A DNA stretch of 57,527 bases from contig CAMMMH010000006.1 of NCBI GenBank assembly GCA_946497955.1, forward strand, positions 1 through 57,527. The letters run 5' to 3'. A model generated the notes under the pieces. The model was given only the letters and a program-made list of their open reading frames with translations, was not told the origin of the DNA and did not search any database. The position numbers and the translations under genes are program-made. Origin of the DNA: an uncultured Mycoplasmatota bacterium (GTDB taxonomy: Bacteria; Bacillota_I; Bacilli_A; RF39; UBA660). This document shows positions 9,921 through 17,955 of this stretch, piece by piece. The first letter of the stretch is position 1, and the number at the start of each line of letters is the position of its first letter.

Positions 9921-12663
9921 AAACAACAACTCCTATTCCACTTATAATTAGTAATCCACCAACAATTTCAAGAATATGATAATCGTTAATTCCTGTATTT
10001 GGAACTTCAACAACAACTTTTTCATTTTCCATTGTGGCTTTTACAATTTCTCCATCCTCAAGAATTTCAAAATACATTCTTTCTTCATTAAGGATATAGC
10101 CCTCTGGTGCCTCTTTTTCTAAAATATAATAGCGACCATATCTCATTTCTTCAATAACAATTTTTCCATTTTCATCAGTTCTACCACTAAATACTAATTC
10201 ATCTTTGTCATTATAAATTTCTATTAGTGTATTTGGTAATGGTGTTCCTGTTGATAAATCTACTTTTGTAAATTCAAGAGTACCTGTAATAGGTTTATTT
10301 TTCATTTCTGCTTTAATTACCTCGCCATCTTCTGTGATTTCAAAAGTAACTTTTTCATCTGTTATTACATAGCCAGTTGCACTTTCCTTTTCTAAAATAT
10401 AGTATTTTTTTCCTGCAACTAGGTCAGTAATTTTAATTTGACCATTCTCATCAGTTACTCCTGTGAAAATTAGTTCATCTGTATCTTCTACATAGATTTC
10501 AATAACTGTATTTGGAATAGGCTCTCCATTTACTAAATCAGTTTTTGTAAATTCAAGTTCTCCCTTTTTCAATTCATTTTTTAATTTTAATGTTTCAGAT
10601 ACAATAGCAGTTTTATTATCAATTTCAGTTAATTCAATTTTGTGTTCAGTTGTATCAATAACGTGATTATCTACTGTCTTGGTTTCCTTAATTAGATATT
10701 TTCCTAAATAAAGGTCAGTAAATGTGGCAGTTCCCTCTGATCCTGTTTCAATGGATTTTATGAACTCGCCCTTTTTATAATGAGTAACACCATCTGGTGT
10801 AATAATGTCCTCATCTGCATAAATTGAAAACTCTACTCCACTTAATTTGATTTCTTCATAAGAGTATTTTCCATCTTCAATAGTAAATGCTTCTCCTGTT
10901 TTTTCGATTACAACTTCGCCCATTATTTTATCATTAGCAAATTCAACTTCAATATATTTGCCATAATCATCATCTTCGATAATTGTACTATTCTCATCTA
11001 ATCTAAATACAATACCTTCTTCATTTAAAAGATAGCCAGACGGACTTGTTAGTTCCTCGATTTGATAAGTGGCACTTGTTAAAGGGTATGGAGTAATAAA
11101 TACACCGTTCTTATCAGTTTTAAACTCACAGATTTCTTCTTTATCTGGATAAGTTACTTTTTGACATACATATTCTCCAGTATCAAGATTTTTAATTTTA
11201 AAGGTTACATTTTCATAAGGTATAACTTTTCCAGATTCAGAATCTGTCTTTACAAGTTTTAATTTTGCTGTAATTGGAGCATTTGATAATGAATATCTTA
11301 TTGTTTCTGGTGAATTTCCATTAACAACTATTTTAAAGTCTTTTACTTTTTCGTGTCCATCTGTTGCATTAAGTTGTTTTACTGTATAAGTGCCATAAAC
11401 GAGATTAACTTTTGAGTAACCTTGTTCATCTGTCTTAACAGTTGTAACGTGATTTCCCTTACTATCATAAATACCAAATTCGATATTGACTTCTGGCTTT
11501 AAAATTCCTGTTTCTGCACTTGCATAATACTTATTGATTTCAACATCTCTTTTAATGATTTGCTCATACACACTAATTGCAGGGTGTAAATCTTCGGTAG
11601 TAATTTCAAAATAGTATTTATTTGTGTCTAATTCATAACCTGTACTTGGACTAATTTCTTGTAAATAGAATGTTCCAATGTCTGGTAAAATTGGACTTGT
11701 TACTGTACCATCTGCTTTTGTTGTAACTTTTTCTACTAATTCATCATTAAGATTATAAATACCATAAACTGCTCCCTCTAGTGTTGCTTCAACACCTTGT
11801 GGCTCGTTTGTTTGAGTATCATTATCTTTCTTTTCTACTGTTACATCTCCACCTTTGGTATCGACTTTAACAGAAGCAACTACTGGATCAGAAAATCTAA
11901 AATAACCCATTTTTTGAGAATTTACTCCATTTCCTAAATACACAATAGTTGTAAAATTATCGTAATGTTTTCTTACGACATTTAATGTTTGCTCACCAAC
12001 TTCAAGTGGTGTGACATATATATCATTTCCATCTATTCTAACAGAAAGTCCATCAGAACTATAAACTTCATATTCACTTAATACACCATTTGTATCAGTT
12101 AGTTTAAATTCTTGACCTATTACTGCTTCTTGTGTTGTTCCATTGAAGCTAGGTTTATTATAATGAGAATTTACTAATCTCATTATTTCATTTTTCTCTG
12201 CGTCTATGTTGATATAATCCCCATATCCAGAGGCTTGAGTCCAAAATTCTACAATTTGACCACCTGTTGTTTCCCATATAAGGGCTTGTGCAGCCATTCT
12301 ATATCTTAATGTTTGATGTCCGGGATAGTCATATCCATAGTGACCAATAAGTTCTATTTTTTTATTGATCTCATCACTATATGGAGATGACTGTAATCCA
12401 TCATAGCCTAAATAACTTGTTGTAGCAATATCAATTCCCGGCTCTATGCAATAGACAACCTTTCCGTTCATCGTATAAGTTTCATATTGTGCTGACATAT
12501 ATGGCTTTCCACCACCACGTCTTGTGTACCATACATCTGGTACTTTTGGATGTGATAATGTTTCATTTGTCGCTGCACTTACTATTGCTGGTATAGAAAA
12601 AGCAAATACTTCAAACAAAGTAAGTGCTATTAACAATACTGATAATAATTTTTTCTTTTTCAT
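9892..12663 (-). CDS. Cell-wall-anchored adhesin: Cys-Gln thioester domain + SpaA/CnaB isopeptide repeats
   Basis: Signal peptide; VYCIEPG and AAQALIW TED motifs; repeated K.D...G..FxIY...T...G...Y...E..AP.GY modules; VPNTG + TM + basic tail. Confidence 0.9.
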   Translation of the reverse strand: MKKKKLLSVLLIALTLFEVFAFSIPAIVSAATNETLSHPKVPDVWYTRRGGGKPYMSAQYETYTMNGKVVYCIEPGIDIATTSYLGYDGLQSSPYSDEINKKIELIGHYGYDYPGHQTLRYRMAAQALIWETTGGQIVEFWTQASGYGDYINIDAEKNEIMRLVNSHYNKPSFNGTTQEAVIGQEFKLTDTNGVLSEYEVYSSDGLSVRIDGNDIYVTPLEVGEQTLNVVRKHYDNFTTIVYLGNGVNSQKMGYFRFSDPVVASVKVDTKGGDVTVEKKDNDTQTNEPQGVEATLEGAVYGIYNLNDELVEKVTTKADGTVTSPILPDIGTFYLQEISPSTGYELDTNKYYFEITTEDLHPAISVYEQIIKRDVEINKYYASAETGILKPEVNIEFGIYDSKGNHVTTVKTDEQGYSKVNLVYGTYTVKQLNATDGHEKVKDFKIVVNGNSPETIRYSLSNAPITAKLKLVKTDSESGKVIPYENVTFKIKNLDTGEYVCQKVTYPDKEEICEFKTDKNGVFITPYPLTSATYQIEELTSPSGYLLNEEGIVFRLDENSTIIEDDDYGKYIEVEFANDKIMGEVVIEKTGEAFTIEDGKYSYEEIKLSGVEFSIYADEDIITPDGVTHYKKGEFIKSIETGSEGTATFTDLYLGKYLIKETKTVDNHVIDTTEHKIELTEIDNKTAIVSETLKLKNELKKGELEFTKTDLVNGEPIPNTVIEIYVEDTDELIFTGVTDENGQIKITDLVAGKKYYILEKESATGYVITDEKVTFEITEDGEVIKAEMKNKPITGTLEFTKVDLSTGTPLPNTLIEIYNDKDELVFSGRTDENGKIVIEEMRYGRYYILEKEAPEGYILNEERMYFEILEDGEIVKATMENEKVVVEVPNTGINDYHILEIVGGLLIISGIGVVVYVKKRKKQQ

Positions 12664-12688
12664 ACTCTATCATTTCCTTTCCTAAATT

Positions 12689-12717
12689 AAAAAAAGCAAC
12701 CGTTTTATTGGTCGCTT
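12689..12717 (-). terminator. Intrinsic terminator-like hairpin just before the adhesin RBS
   Basis: Minus strand AAGCGACCA-ataaaa-CGGTTGCTT running into a T-run. Confidence 0.6.
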
Positions 12718-12737
12718 ATAACTAAAATTTTATTTAA

Positions 12738-13343
12738 TTATTCCATTGGATTTGTATAATCAATGTGTAACTTATATCCTAACACTTCGCCTTTATAAAT
12801 TATTTCTTGACAACTAAAACCCAATATATTTACTGTGTCTGCAAAGGCTTTTTCAAAACCTGCTTTCTGGCATTCCTCGTAAGTATCATATTCCACCTGT
12901 TTTTTTAACCTTTCATATTCCTCATCAACTTGTGGTGTTTGCTCCTGTATTTCTTCTTGAACATTGCTAGTAGTTGGTGGATTTTGAGTTGGTAATTGTT
13001 CTTCTTGAATTTGAGATTTGTTTTCGCTTTGCTCCGTTTTAACAGACTGTTTCGTTTCCTCTTTTGGAGTTACAGTAGTTTGTTTTTCGGTATTCCTTTG
13101 AGCCTCTTTATTTTCTTGCTCCTCTTGTTTTTCTTCTGTCGCTCCATTTGAAGTTTCTGCCTTTTCTGTTTCATTAACCGTTTCTATATTTTCTTTCATC
13201 TCATTTGTTTCTTCAATTTCACTTCCCACGTTCACTTTTTCTTCCACCTCTGTTTTCGCATTTTCTCTGTTTAGTGTAAATATTGCAACACCAATAGCAA
13301 TCAAGAGCACAAAAATAATTACAACTACAACTTTTTTTCTCAT
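12738..13343 (-). CDS. Single-pass membrane protein with an E/Q/T-rich linker and a small C-terminal two-Cys domain
   Basis: N-terminal hydrophobic helix, low-complexity stalk, EEC...FSC C-terminus; ATG at 13343. Confidence 0.75.
   Translation of the reverse strand: MRKKVVVVIIFVLLIAIGVAIFTLNRENAKTEVEEKVNVGSEIEETNEMKENIETVNETEKAETSNGATEEKQEEQENKEAQRNTEKQTTVTPKEETKQSVKTEQSENKSQIQEEQLPTQNPPTTSNVQEEIQEQTPQVDEEYERLKKQVEYDTYEECQKAGFEKAFADTVNILGFSCQEIIYKGEVLGYKLHIDYTNPME
12922..12958. repeat. 37-bp exact direct repeat, copy 2 (inside the membrane protein gene)
   Basis: Identical to 6114-6150; both copies encode EEIQEQTPQVD. Confidence 0.9.
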
Positions 13344-13488
13344 ACCAATCACTTCCTTTGGTATTAGTATAATCTAAAATATTTATTCTTGCATTTGTGT
13401 AATTATATATTTTTTTTCAGTTAGTATTACAGTTAGTAATATACTAGGGAGGTTTGTAAGGAGGGATTTACCGTAAAAGATACTCCCA

Positions 13489-14427
13489 CTACCTTGCTTC
13501 CATACTTCGCTTTTTTTCCAAATACCTGTTGTAAAAGTCCAATGCTTTGTAAATGTGATCGGCATATTTCTCCTTTGGCATACCTCTTGGCATTTTTGGA
13601 GTTAGGTTTTTGAAATCAAGTTTTAATTTTTCTACTTGATTTGGCTTTTGTTGGCTCAAAAGTTCTTCGATTTTATCTTCATCTAAATTCCCACTTTGAC
13701 TTAATCGTTTCATTTCTTGTGCCTGTGATAATGATGGTGTAGCAACATTACATTCAATACTATTCATAAGCCATTTTTGTTCTTGCTTTGTTAAGAATGA
13801 AAGTTCTACTGCTGGACTAAATGCAATTTCTTCATTATCGACCATATCAAGCAATGGCTTTATTAGTTCAGTAAGTCTTATATATCTTTGTATTTGTGAT
13901 TTGCTATCTGGACTATTAGCAGATAATTTTTCTACTGATGTCAACTTCTCCCCAACTTGGTCAGAAGTTAAATCATTTCTCTTGCCTTGATGTGTCATTG
14001 CTTCTAATTTCATTTTATAAGCAAATGCTCTTTCACTAAATAGTATTTTTTGTCTTTGTTGCAAGTTACTATCAACCATTATAATTGCAGCCTGCTCATC
14101 AGTTAAATCTCGAACAATACAAGGCATAGTATTTTTATTTGCAATTTCACTTGCTTTCTTTCTTCTATGTCCAGAAATCATTTGATATTTACCATTTCCT
14201 ATTGATCTTACTAACGCAGGCTCTCGTACGCCATCTTTTTCTATACTACTTGCCATTTCTTTTAATTCATCATTTACAATAACTCTAAATGGGTGATTTG
14301 GAAAGTCCTCAATTTCTGTTATTGGTATATCAATAACTTTTTCTAAATTAGCCGTTTGTCTTTCTTCCTCTGTTGTAAATAACTCATCTAACTTTGGTAA
14401 CGGCATTTTTGCTTCGTTCTTTGCCAA
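13489..14427 (-). CDS. parB: ParB/RepB/Spo0J family partition protein
   Basis: FPNHPF, SIEKDGVREPALVR, ISGHRR, MVDSNLQ, QIQRYIRLT; likely start TTG at 14427 after GGAGGTGG. Confidence 0.92.
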   Translation of the reverse strand: MAKNEAKMPLPKLDELFTTEEERQTANLEKVIDIPITEIEDFPNHPFRVIVNDELKEMASSIEKDGVREPALVRSIGNGKYQMISGHRRKKASEIANKNTMPCIVRDLTDEQAAIIMVDSNLQQRQKILFSERAFAYKMKLEAMTHQGKRNDLTSDQVGEKLTSVEKLSANSPDSKSQIQRYIRLTELIKPLLDMVDNEEIAFSPAVELSFLTKQEQKWLMNSIECNVATPSLSQAQEMKRLSQSGNLDEDKIEELLSQQKPNQVEKLKLDFKNLTPKMPRGMPKEKYADHIYKALDFYNRYLEKKRSMEAR

Positions 14428-15214
14428 TATCAACCACCTCCTTTGCAAATGAAGAATATGCTTCTGCCACCTTGCTATTTTTGTCATAGGTAAATATACT
14501 TTTACCTCGTGAAGTAGATTCTGCTGTTTTAATTGCAAGAGGTATTTGAGTATCAAAAAGTTTTAATAAACTTCCGTAATTCTCTTGTAATTGTACTTTC
14601 ATTTCTTTTGATAAATTTGTCCTTTTATCTACCAAAGTTAATAATGCACCATCTACTTTTAAATCTGGGTTAATTTGTCTTTTTACTTTTGAAATTGTTT
14701 TCAATAAATGTGTCATACCTTTTGCAGCAAGATATTGCGACTGTATCGGTATAATTACACTATCAGCACTAGCAAGAGCATTTATTGTTACCATTCCTAA
14801 ACTAGGCATACAATCTAAAATAATATAGTCATAATCTTTTTTGACTTCTGATAAACAATTTCTCATAGTGTACTCCCTACTCATTGCATTTACTAATGAC
14901 ATTTCCATTGCCGATAAATCAAGATTAGATGGAATTAAGTCTACATTCTCTTTATGGTGTAATATCGCTTCCTTTGCCCTTATTGGCTCATCATTCATAG
15001 ACTGTTCCATTAGGTCTGCTAATGTTAATGGCAATTTATCTTGTTCATACCAACCCATATAAGTTGTTAAATCGCCTTGTGGATCAGCGTCCACTAAAAG
15101 AACTTTCTTACCCATTTTTGATAATGCTACTCCTAAACTAAAAGTTGTAGTAGTTTTACCAACGCCACCTTTTTGATTTGCAACAGCAATTACTCTACAT
15201 TGTGACATTTTCAT
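14384..15214 (-). CDS. parA: ParA/Soj family ATPase
   Basis: NQKGGVGKTTT deviant Walker A, VDADPQG, DYIILDCMPSLG. Confidence 0.95.
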   Translation of the reverse strand: MKMSQCRVIAVANQKGGVGKTTTTFSLGVALSKMGKKVLLVDADPQGDLTTYMGWYEQDKLPLTLADLMEQSMNDEPIRAKEAILHHKENVDLIPSNLDLSAMEMSLVNAMSREYTMRNCLSEVKKDYDYIILDCMPSLGMVTINALASADSVIIPIQSQYLAAKGMTHLLKTISKVKRQINPDLKVDGALLTLVDKRTNLSKEMKVQLQENYGSLLKLFDTQIPLAIKTAESTSRGKSIFTYDKNSKVAEAYSSFAKEVVDIGKERSKNAVTKVR

Positions 15215-15283
15215 CTCCTCCTTTCTTTTTATATTTAGCCATCTTAAATAAATAAAATGGCTATGTACTGCCTTTCAAGGCAC

Positions 15284-15314
15284 AAAAAAAGAACTGATAT
15301 TTTATTACCAGTTC
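15284..15314 (-). terminator. Intrinsic terminator-like hairpin upstream of parA
   Basis: GAACTG...CAGTTC stem followed by T7 on the minus strand. Confidence 0.55.
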
Positions 15315-15333
15315 AAAATATGTTATATGTTAT

Positions 15334-15480
15334 TTATTTTTTATCTACTAATCTTAATAATAATTCATCAATAGGAGATGTATCTTCTTTTTCTCTTAAT
15401 AATTTATTTCTTAATTCAACTAATCCGTTCACAAGCATTCCGTATTCTATATTATCCACTTTTAATTTTATTTTTTTCAT
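15334..15480 (-). CDS. Small 48-aa ICE protein (below the ORF-track cutoff)
   Basis: My translation: MKKIKLKVDNIEYGMLVNGLVELRNKLLREKEDTSPIDELLLRLVDKK*, followed by a terminator. Confidence 0.65.
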   Translation of the reverse strand: MKKIKLKVDNIEYGMLVNGLVELRNKLLREKEDTSPIDELLLRLVDKK

Positions 15481-15579
15481 CTTTATCACACTCTCATTTC
15501 ATATAAGTATAATACTATACTTTTTTAGCAAATGAAAATGTGTAACAACTATTTTCTTGTTGCAAGGACAATTTTTTAT

Positions 15580-15763
15580 GGGGTTGCAATGACGTAATCA
15601 CCATTCTAATTCCCATCATAAATATCATTAAATTTGCTATATTTTTATCTATTTTGAATGATTTTAGGCTTTTTTTATCAAAAATGTGCAAGATCAAAAA
15701 TCAAGGAAAGCCTTTATTTATAAGGTTTTTGCTAGGGGTTGCAATAAATCGTAATCAACCATT
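15580..15763. repeat. Imperfect direct repeats at the ICE end (candidate recombinase-binding/att sites)
   Basis: ggggttgcaatgacgtaatcaccatt (15580-15605) and ggggttgcaataaatcgtaatcaaccatt (15735-15763). Confidence 0.6.
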
Positions 15764-15788
15764 GCACTATTTGCTTATTTTCATTCAT
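15759..15788 (-). pseudogene. 5' stub (MNENKQIVQW) of an ICE-interrupted gene, probably rbgA/ylqF
   Basis: Promoter (TGaTATAAT) and GGAAAG RBS, then 10 codons ending QW exactly where the repeat starts. RbgA begins ...QW[FY]PGHM and normally follows rplS-lepB. Confidence 0.5.
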
Positions 15789-15840
15789 TTGAACCACTTT
15801 CCATTTCTAATTTCATTTTTGAAGTTTTATCTAATTATAT

Positions 15841-15864
15841 CATTTTGTTGATTTCAACAAAATG
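15841..15864. promoter_or_regulatory. Perfect 11-bp inverted repeat over the stub gene promoter
   Basis: cattttgttga-tt-tcaacaaaatg. Confidence 0.5.
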
Positions 15865-16001
15865 CTTAAGTACATTAAATTTACTATTTTCACTTTTAAT
15901 TACAGATTGACTTGTTAACCTCAACAATCCAATCATTTCTTAATATTAAATTTATTTTATCAAATTAATTTAATTTAGTCAGCATCGCCGACCAAATTTT
16001 A

Positions 16002-16994
16002 TTAAACTTCATTATTATTTGGTAAAGACTTCATCATTAAATCAAAATCACTTTGTAACTCTCTCATTTCTCTTTCTCGATATAGAGCAAATTCTTTTTC
16101 TGCTTTTTTAATCGCTTCTTCGTGAGATATTTTTCCCTTACCTTCCAAAACTTTCCTTCTATTAAGCAAAATTTGGTTATCTAGCTCTTCTACCCAATCA
16201 CTCATTTTCATTGGTCTTTGTTCCAAAGCTTGTAGTTCTGCATAGTCTAAAAACTGTGATACTAGCAAGTTTAATCTTTGAAGTTCTATCTCAGATAAGT
16301 AATTTTTAGCAATTTTAACATCATCTATTGTAACATAATCTCCTTTAAAATTAGTCATTCCAACATATGGCTTTTCATTATCTACTCTTTCATGAATAAG
16401 CTCTGCCGCAGTATGTTCATGAACAGCATAATGTAATTTATTTTGAACTGTAGCAAAGAACTTTTTTGTTATATTACTTCTTGGGTCATAATCTATAGAA
16501 GTTGCATAGATATCTGTTACTTGTTGATAGAAGTTTCTTTCACTAGAACGAATATCTCTAATTCTCTGTAATAGTTCTCTAAAATATCTATTACCGCCTT
16601 GTTTCAATCTCTCATCATCAAGTGCAAAACCTTTTTGTATATACTCATGTAATCTTTTTGTTGCCCATATTCTAAATCTAACTGCAACATCAGATTGAAC
16701 ACGATAGCCTAAAGCGATTATCATATCTAGATTATAATGGTCTATATTTCTTTTAACATTTCTATTACCTTCTTTTTTAACTAACAAAATTTTTTTGTGA
16801 GTTGAAATATCTTGTAACTCTCCATCTTTATAAATATTTTTAATATGAAAACTAATATCTTGTTGTGAAGTCTTATATATTTCTGCAATTTGATTTTGAG
16901 TTAACCAAATATCTTCATCAATAAATTTAACGCTAACTTTAGTAACACCGTCTTTATCTTCATAAATCATAATATTATTTTGCTTATCACTCAT
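16002..16994 (-). CDS. rhuM: Virulence RhuM family protein
   Basis: WLTQNQIAE, HYNLDMIIALGYRVQS, FRIWAT, RIRDIRSSER, FFATVQNKLH, TAAELI. Confidence 0.93.
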   Translation of the reverse strand: MSDKQNNIMIYEDKDGVTKVSVKFIDEDIWLTQNQIAEIYKTSQQDISFHIKNIYKDGELQDISTHKKILLVKKEGNRNVKRNIDHYNLDMIIALGYRVQSDVAVRFRIWATKRLHEYIQKGFALDDERLKQGGNRYFRELLQRIRDIRSSERNFYQQVTDIYATSIDYDPRSNITKKFFATVQNKLHYAVHEHTAAELIHERVDNEKPYVGMTNFKGDYVTIDDVKIAKNYLSEIELQRLNLLVSQFLDYAELQALEQRPMKMSDWVEELDNQILLNRRKVLEGKGKISHEEAIKKAEKEFALYREREMRELQSDFDLMMKSLPNNNEV

Positions 16995-17003
16995 ATTTTC
17001 ACC

Positions 17004-17426
17004 TCATTTATAAGTTTCTCTAGCTTTAAATATAAAATTTTGCAAGGCATCGAGTACTTTTTGACTTTGTTCTTCTCTTAATCTTAACTCTTCTTTATAT
17101 TCATCTACTGTATATTTCTTTAATCTTTTCAAAACAAAGCTTCTATTTTCTTCTAAAACTTCAATAATATTTTTTATCATTACTAGTTCTTGATAAGTTA
17201 TCTCCTTTTCAGATAAAAACTGTGTATCTAAAACAAATTCATAATGAAAATCTTTATCAGTACAAACTGGTTTTGCAATTATTATTAATTTTGATTCAAT
17301 ATCTACTAAAAATTCAGAACTACTAAAATTGGTTTTATATTGATATCCTGGAATAATAAACTTATCAATTATCTTTTTTATTTCTTTAACACTATTTATT
17401 TTAGTCATTATCATCACATCCTTCAC
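17004..17426 (-). CDS. Hypothetical protein (140 aa)
   Basis: ORF coupled to its neighbours; no motif recognised. Confidence 0.6.
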   Translation of the reverse strand: MKDVMIMTKINSVKEIKKIIDKFIIPGYQYKTNFSSSEFLVDIESKLIIIAKPVCTDKDFHYEFVLDTQFLSEKEITYQELVMIKNIIEVLEENRSFVLKRLKKYTVDEYKEELRLREEQSQKVLDALQNFIFKARETYK

Positions 17427-17713
17427 TTTTCATTAATAATATCTAAATAAAGTTTTTCATAATCATCAGCACTTTTTAAATCAATATCTTTATAATATTC
17501 AAGTAAACTATAATACAATTCTCTTATATTTTCACCATACCAATATACTAAATCTAATATATTATCTAAAGTAAATTCTATCTCTTTTTTATCAGATATT
17601 TTATTACTAATTATATAATCTACTTTATCTTTAAGAATATCTATTTTTTTATCTAATAATACTTTTATTTTTTTTATTTCTGTTACTATTTTCTTCATCG
17701 ATGCCTCAATCAA
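17423..17713 (-). CDS. Hypothetical helical protein (96 aa)
   Basis: ORF overlapping the next gene by GTGA; IEFTLDNILD...LY...YY pattern. Confidence 0.6.
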   Translation of the reverse strand: MIEASMKKIVTEIKKIKVLLDKKIDILKDKVDYIISNKISDKKEIEFTLDNILDLVYWYGENIRELYYSLLEYYKDIDLKSADDYEKLYLDIINEK

Positions 17714-17955
17714 TCTAATAAATAATTAATTAAATTTATCTTATCATTAGAATAATTGTTCGTCAACACTTTTTGAAATATTTTTGATACGAGTTTTCGT
17801 AAATAAAACTAGGTACTTTCATACTTCAGATAATACCTAGTTTAAATTTATTCTATAATTTTAAAACATAATCTTTATATGTCTATTAAAGCTAGTTAAT
17901 TTACAAAAATAATTATATATGTTATTATGTTTTATAATAACAAAGAGGTGGATAT

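Larger units (their letters stand above)
1..15758 (-). mobile_element. One end of an integrative conjugative element (Firmicutes ICE); runs off the window at position 1
   Basis: Co-oriented parA/parB, CnaB adhesin + sortase, giant N6-MTase/SNF2 helicase, TnpV, DUF3848 and DUF3991-Toprim form a typical ICE gene set. Boundary inferred from the truncated gene stub at 15759-15788 and the repeated motif at 15580/15735. No integrase or T4SS core is inside the window. Confidence 0.8.

Noticed and set aside
13383-13565. 60-aa minus-strand ORF overlapping the parB 3' end
   Set aside because: No RBS or recognisable family, unlike the nested tnpV.
14428-14556. N-terminal extension of the ParB ORF overlapping parA
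   Set aside because: A strong GGAGGTGG RBS points to TTG at 14427; the extension is just an open frame.
15257-15851. Track ORFs 15257+, 15515- and 15654+
   Set aside because: They overlap the 48-aa gene and the att-like repeat region and have non-protein-like composition.
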